Shown here in pieces: positions 61,570-64,000 of a DNA stretch of 64,000 nt. Every line of letters begins with the position of its first letter. The first letter of the stretch is position 1. The notes beneath the pieces are model-generated. The model was not told the origin of the DNA. It saw only the letters and a program-made list of their open reading frames with translations, and made no database searches. The position numbers were made by a program, and so were the translations under genes. Source of the stretch: Hemiscyllium ocellatum (lineage: Eukaryota); the NCBI RefSeq assembly GCF_020745735.1, contig NW_026867728.1:1-64000 (forward strand), in the 5' to 3' direction.

Positions 61570-62710
61570 TACAGCTGGTGAAGTGTGAGTGGACTGGAGG
61601 AAAGCTCATGTGACACCTTGATTTAAAAATTGAGCAAGGGATAAACCAGGTAGCTCCAGGCCAGTGAGTCTGAGCTCAGTGGTGGGGAATCCATTGGAAG
61701 CAATTTAAAGGGACAGAATTAATCTACACTTGAGGAGGCAGGGATTAATCAGAAACAGACAGCATGACTCTGTTAAGGAGAGGGAGGCAGAAGATGGGAA
61801 ATTATCTACTGTTAGTCTGACCTCGGTTGTTTGTAAGATTTTAGAGAACATTACTAAGAATGAGATTGCAGAGAACTTGGAAGTGCAGGATAAAATACAG
61901 CTGAGTCAGTATGGCTTCATCAAAGGCAGGTCATGCCTGAAATAAATCTGTTAGAAATCTTTGAGGAGGAAACAGGCAAGTTAGATAAAAGAGAACAAGG
62001 TTGGTCATTAATGAGAACATGACCGACTTGGATTTCCAGATGGTCTTTGACAAGGTGTTTCAGTGGAAGCTGCTAAATAAGATAAAAGCCCATGGTGTTA
62101 GGGATTGGAGTGGTGTGATAATACACAGGCTTTCAGAGGTATATTTTATCCTGGTATTTATTTTCCATGAAAAGAGGTTGAGATAGAGGTGAAAAAAAGT
62201 CTTTTTCAAAACATTAAAGTGAACAGCTTGTGAGGCCTTGGGTGTTTTTTTCACAAGTTGAAACAATAGAAGCACCCTGAACGAGTGGGGTTAAGCTCCT
62301 ACATAACCAGGATTTCAGTTTAACTTTGATAAGCTGCTGGGGTTTGGAAGCTGCTATACATTGTTTCCTGAAGGCAAATGGAATATTATCCTTCATTGTA
62401 AGAGGGATGGAGTTTAAAAAGATGGAGGTTATGCTGCAGCTGTATAGGGGGCTGGTGAGACCACACCTGCAGTATTGTCTCCTTAATTCCGAAAGGATGC
62501 ACTGGGACTGGAGATAGTGCAGGGGAGGTTCACTTGGTTAATTCCAGAATTGAGGGGCTTGGCTTATGAGGGAAGATTGAGTCGGCTGAGACTACATTCA
62601 TTGGAATTTGGAAGAATGATGGGGGACTATGATAAAAATATGTAAAATTATGAAGGAAATGGATAAGGTAGAAGCAGGGAGGTTGTTTCCACTGGTGGGT
62701 GAAACTAGAA
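61570..62710 (+). mobile_element. CR1 RT fragments
   Basis: TVSLTSVVCKILENI..QYGFIKGRSCL; LQLYRGLVRPHLQYC. Confidence 0.75.
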
Positions 62711-62919
62711 CTAGGGGGCATCAGCCTTTTGTTATAAAGCCTCAAATTATCTTGAGAATGTGACTTAAATAAAGTTCTGGTATTTACACATTAATGAATC
62801 AAAACCAGCAAATCCATTCTAAAAGATGAAAGACTGAATAATCAAGGTTTGTTCAATGTATCATTGTATCACTGTAATCTATTGCCAGAAATTCTGTGTC
62901 TTATGGTCCTGTTTCACAC

Positions 62920-62954
62920 CACCTGATGAAGGAGCAGCGCTCCGAAAGCTAGTG
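62920..62954 (+). ncRNA. Minimal type I hammerhead ribozyme of a second Penelope family (intact core)
   Basis: CAC-CUGAUGA-A-GGAGC AGC GCUCC-GAA-AGCU-A^GUG: stem I CAC/GUG, palindrome AGCU, CUA triplet; followed by that family's tail AAATAAACC..TATAACCTGGTGTTGTGTGATTTTTAAC. Confidence 0.75.
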
Positions 62955-64000
62955 CTTCCAAATAAACCTATAACCTGGTGTTGTGTGATTTTTAACTTTG
63001 TCCACCCCAGTCCACCACCAGCTCCTCCACATCTTGTAAATGAATTCTGTTTTGTTTAAAACTAAGTGGTTTGACCAGCCAATTCTCTCCTGCAATATCC
63101 ACTTTACACCTGTTTAAAACAACGAGCAAAGTCCAGAATGGGGACTCTTTACAGGATTTGTTGTTTAGTTGCAAACTGGGATTCGAGTTGTTGGACTTGA
63201 AGGCAGCGAATGGTAAGTGTTAGTGTCTGTTGTTCTGGATGTTGGTTTTGGTTGGTGTTGCTTGGTGTAGTCAGGGCTCTTTCAGTCAGCAAAAGTTTTC
63301 TGGGGATGGAGGAAGTGACCTTGGGGGTTTTACAAAAAGGTGGTTAAAGCCAAGCTGTGGGAATGAGCAAACAAGCTGGAGTTGGAGCTGCCTCCTTCCG
63401 CGAGGAAAGGACAGATACTTACAGCAGGAGCTCAACATTTAAATTTGTTGGAAACACCATCAGAATCTATAGAGATGGCTAAAGTTCAGTTGAAAATGAA
63501 GCAGCTTGGGTTAGAGGCAAAAGAAAAAAACCCAAGGACAACCGAACCTTGTTAAAGGAGCAGCTTCTTCACAAAAGGAATTTCAGGTTATGGTCAGCAA
63601 GTGGGTAAGGACAGCGGAGTCCATGGAAAGGTCACCCATGGTCTTATTGGATGGTGGGGCAGGCTCAATGGGAGAACAGGCTCAAGGTAAGAAATAAAGG
63701 GTGAGAGGAGAGTTGAGGAGAGATACGTTTTCATACAGAGGGATTTAAGAGTTTGGCACTCACTGTCTGAAAGAGTGTTAGGGTTAGAAATGCGAGTAAC
63801 TTTTAAGCATATTTTGGGATTTAGTAGACTTCCCATTTGCCTCTTCAGTAGCCTGCATCTCTGCTGTCTTACTTCTTTTTAATATTTTAAACTTCTGTCC
63901 AATTGACTTCCACCTCCCACCTCTACCCATCCCCCATTAATTAGTTTAAAACCCTCAAAACAGTTGGTAAAAAAGGCACAAAGATCAAGAGCTGTATTCT

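Overview
Eukaryotic genomic DNA, very likely from an elasmobranch (shark). This is inferred from HE1-type tRNA SINEs, CR1 LINEs with an esterase ORF1 and shark-type Penelope-like elements. Most of the window is decayed transposons: CR1, Penelope-like elements, Gypsy remnants, solo LTRs and SINEs. Among them lies a cluster of immunoglobulin-superfamily receptor genes. (C) On the + strand, three cytoplasmic exons (7379-8123) end an inhibitory receptor with two ITIM-type motifs (CTYASI, VTYAAV). (A) On the - strand, a gene has two tandem Siglec-15-like V-set exons (54131-54517, with the sialic-acid-binding CRVE arginine; 46446-46793) and no recognisable intact transmembrane exon. (B) Also on the - strand, a duplicated and multiply broken paralog has V1', V2', a TM exon and a cytoplasmic exon (36097 to 28291). 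An inverted paralog of gene C's tail that lacks both ITIMs lies at 17.1-18.45 kb, next to a C2H2 zinc-finger pseudogene. The most notable points are the V-V architecture, which is unlike the V-C2 layout of known Siglecs; a possible soluble splice form; reciprocal cysteine changes between the domains; a 157-nt gene-conversion-like tract; and many minimal hammerhead ribozymes in Penelope termini, with compensatory covariation between two families. Exon coordinates were read from splice signals. Transposon boundaries are approximate.
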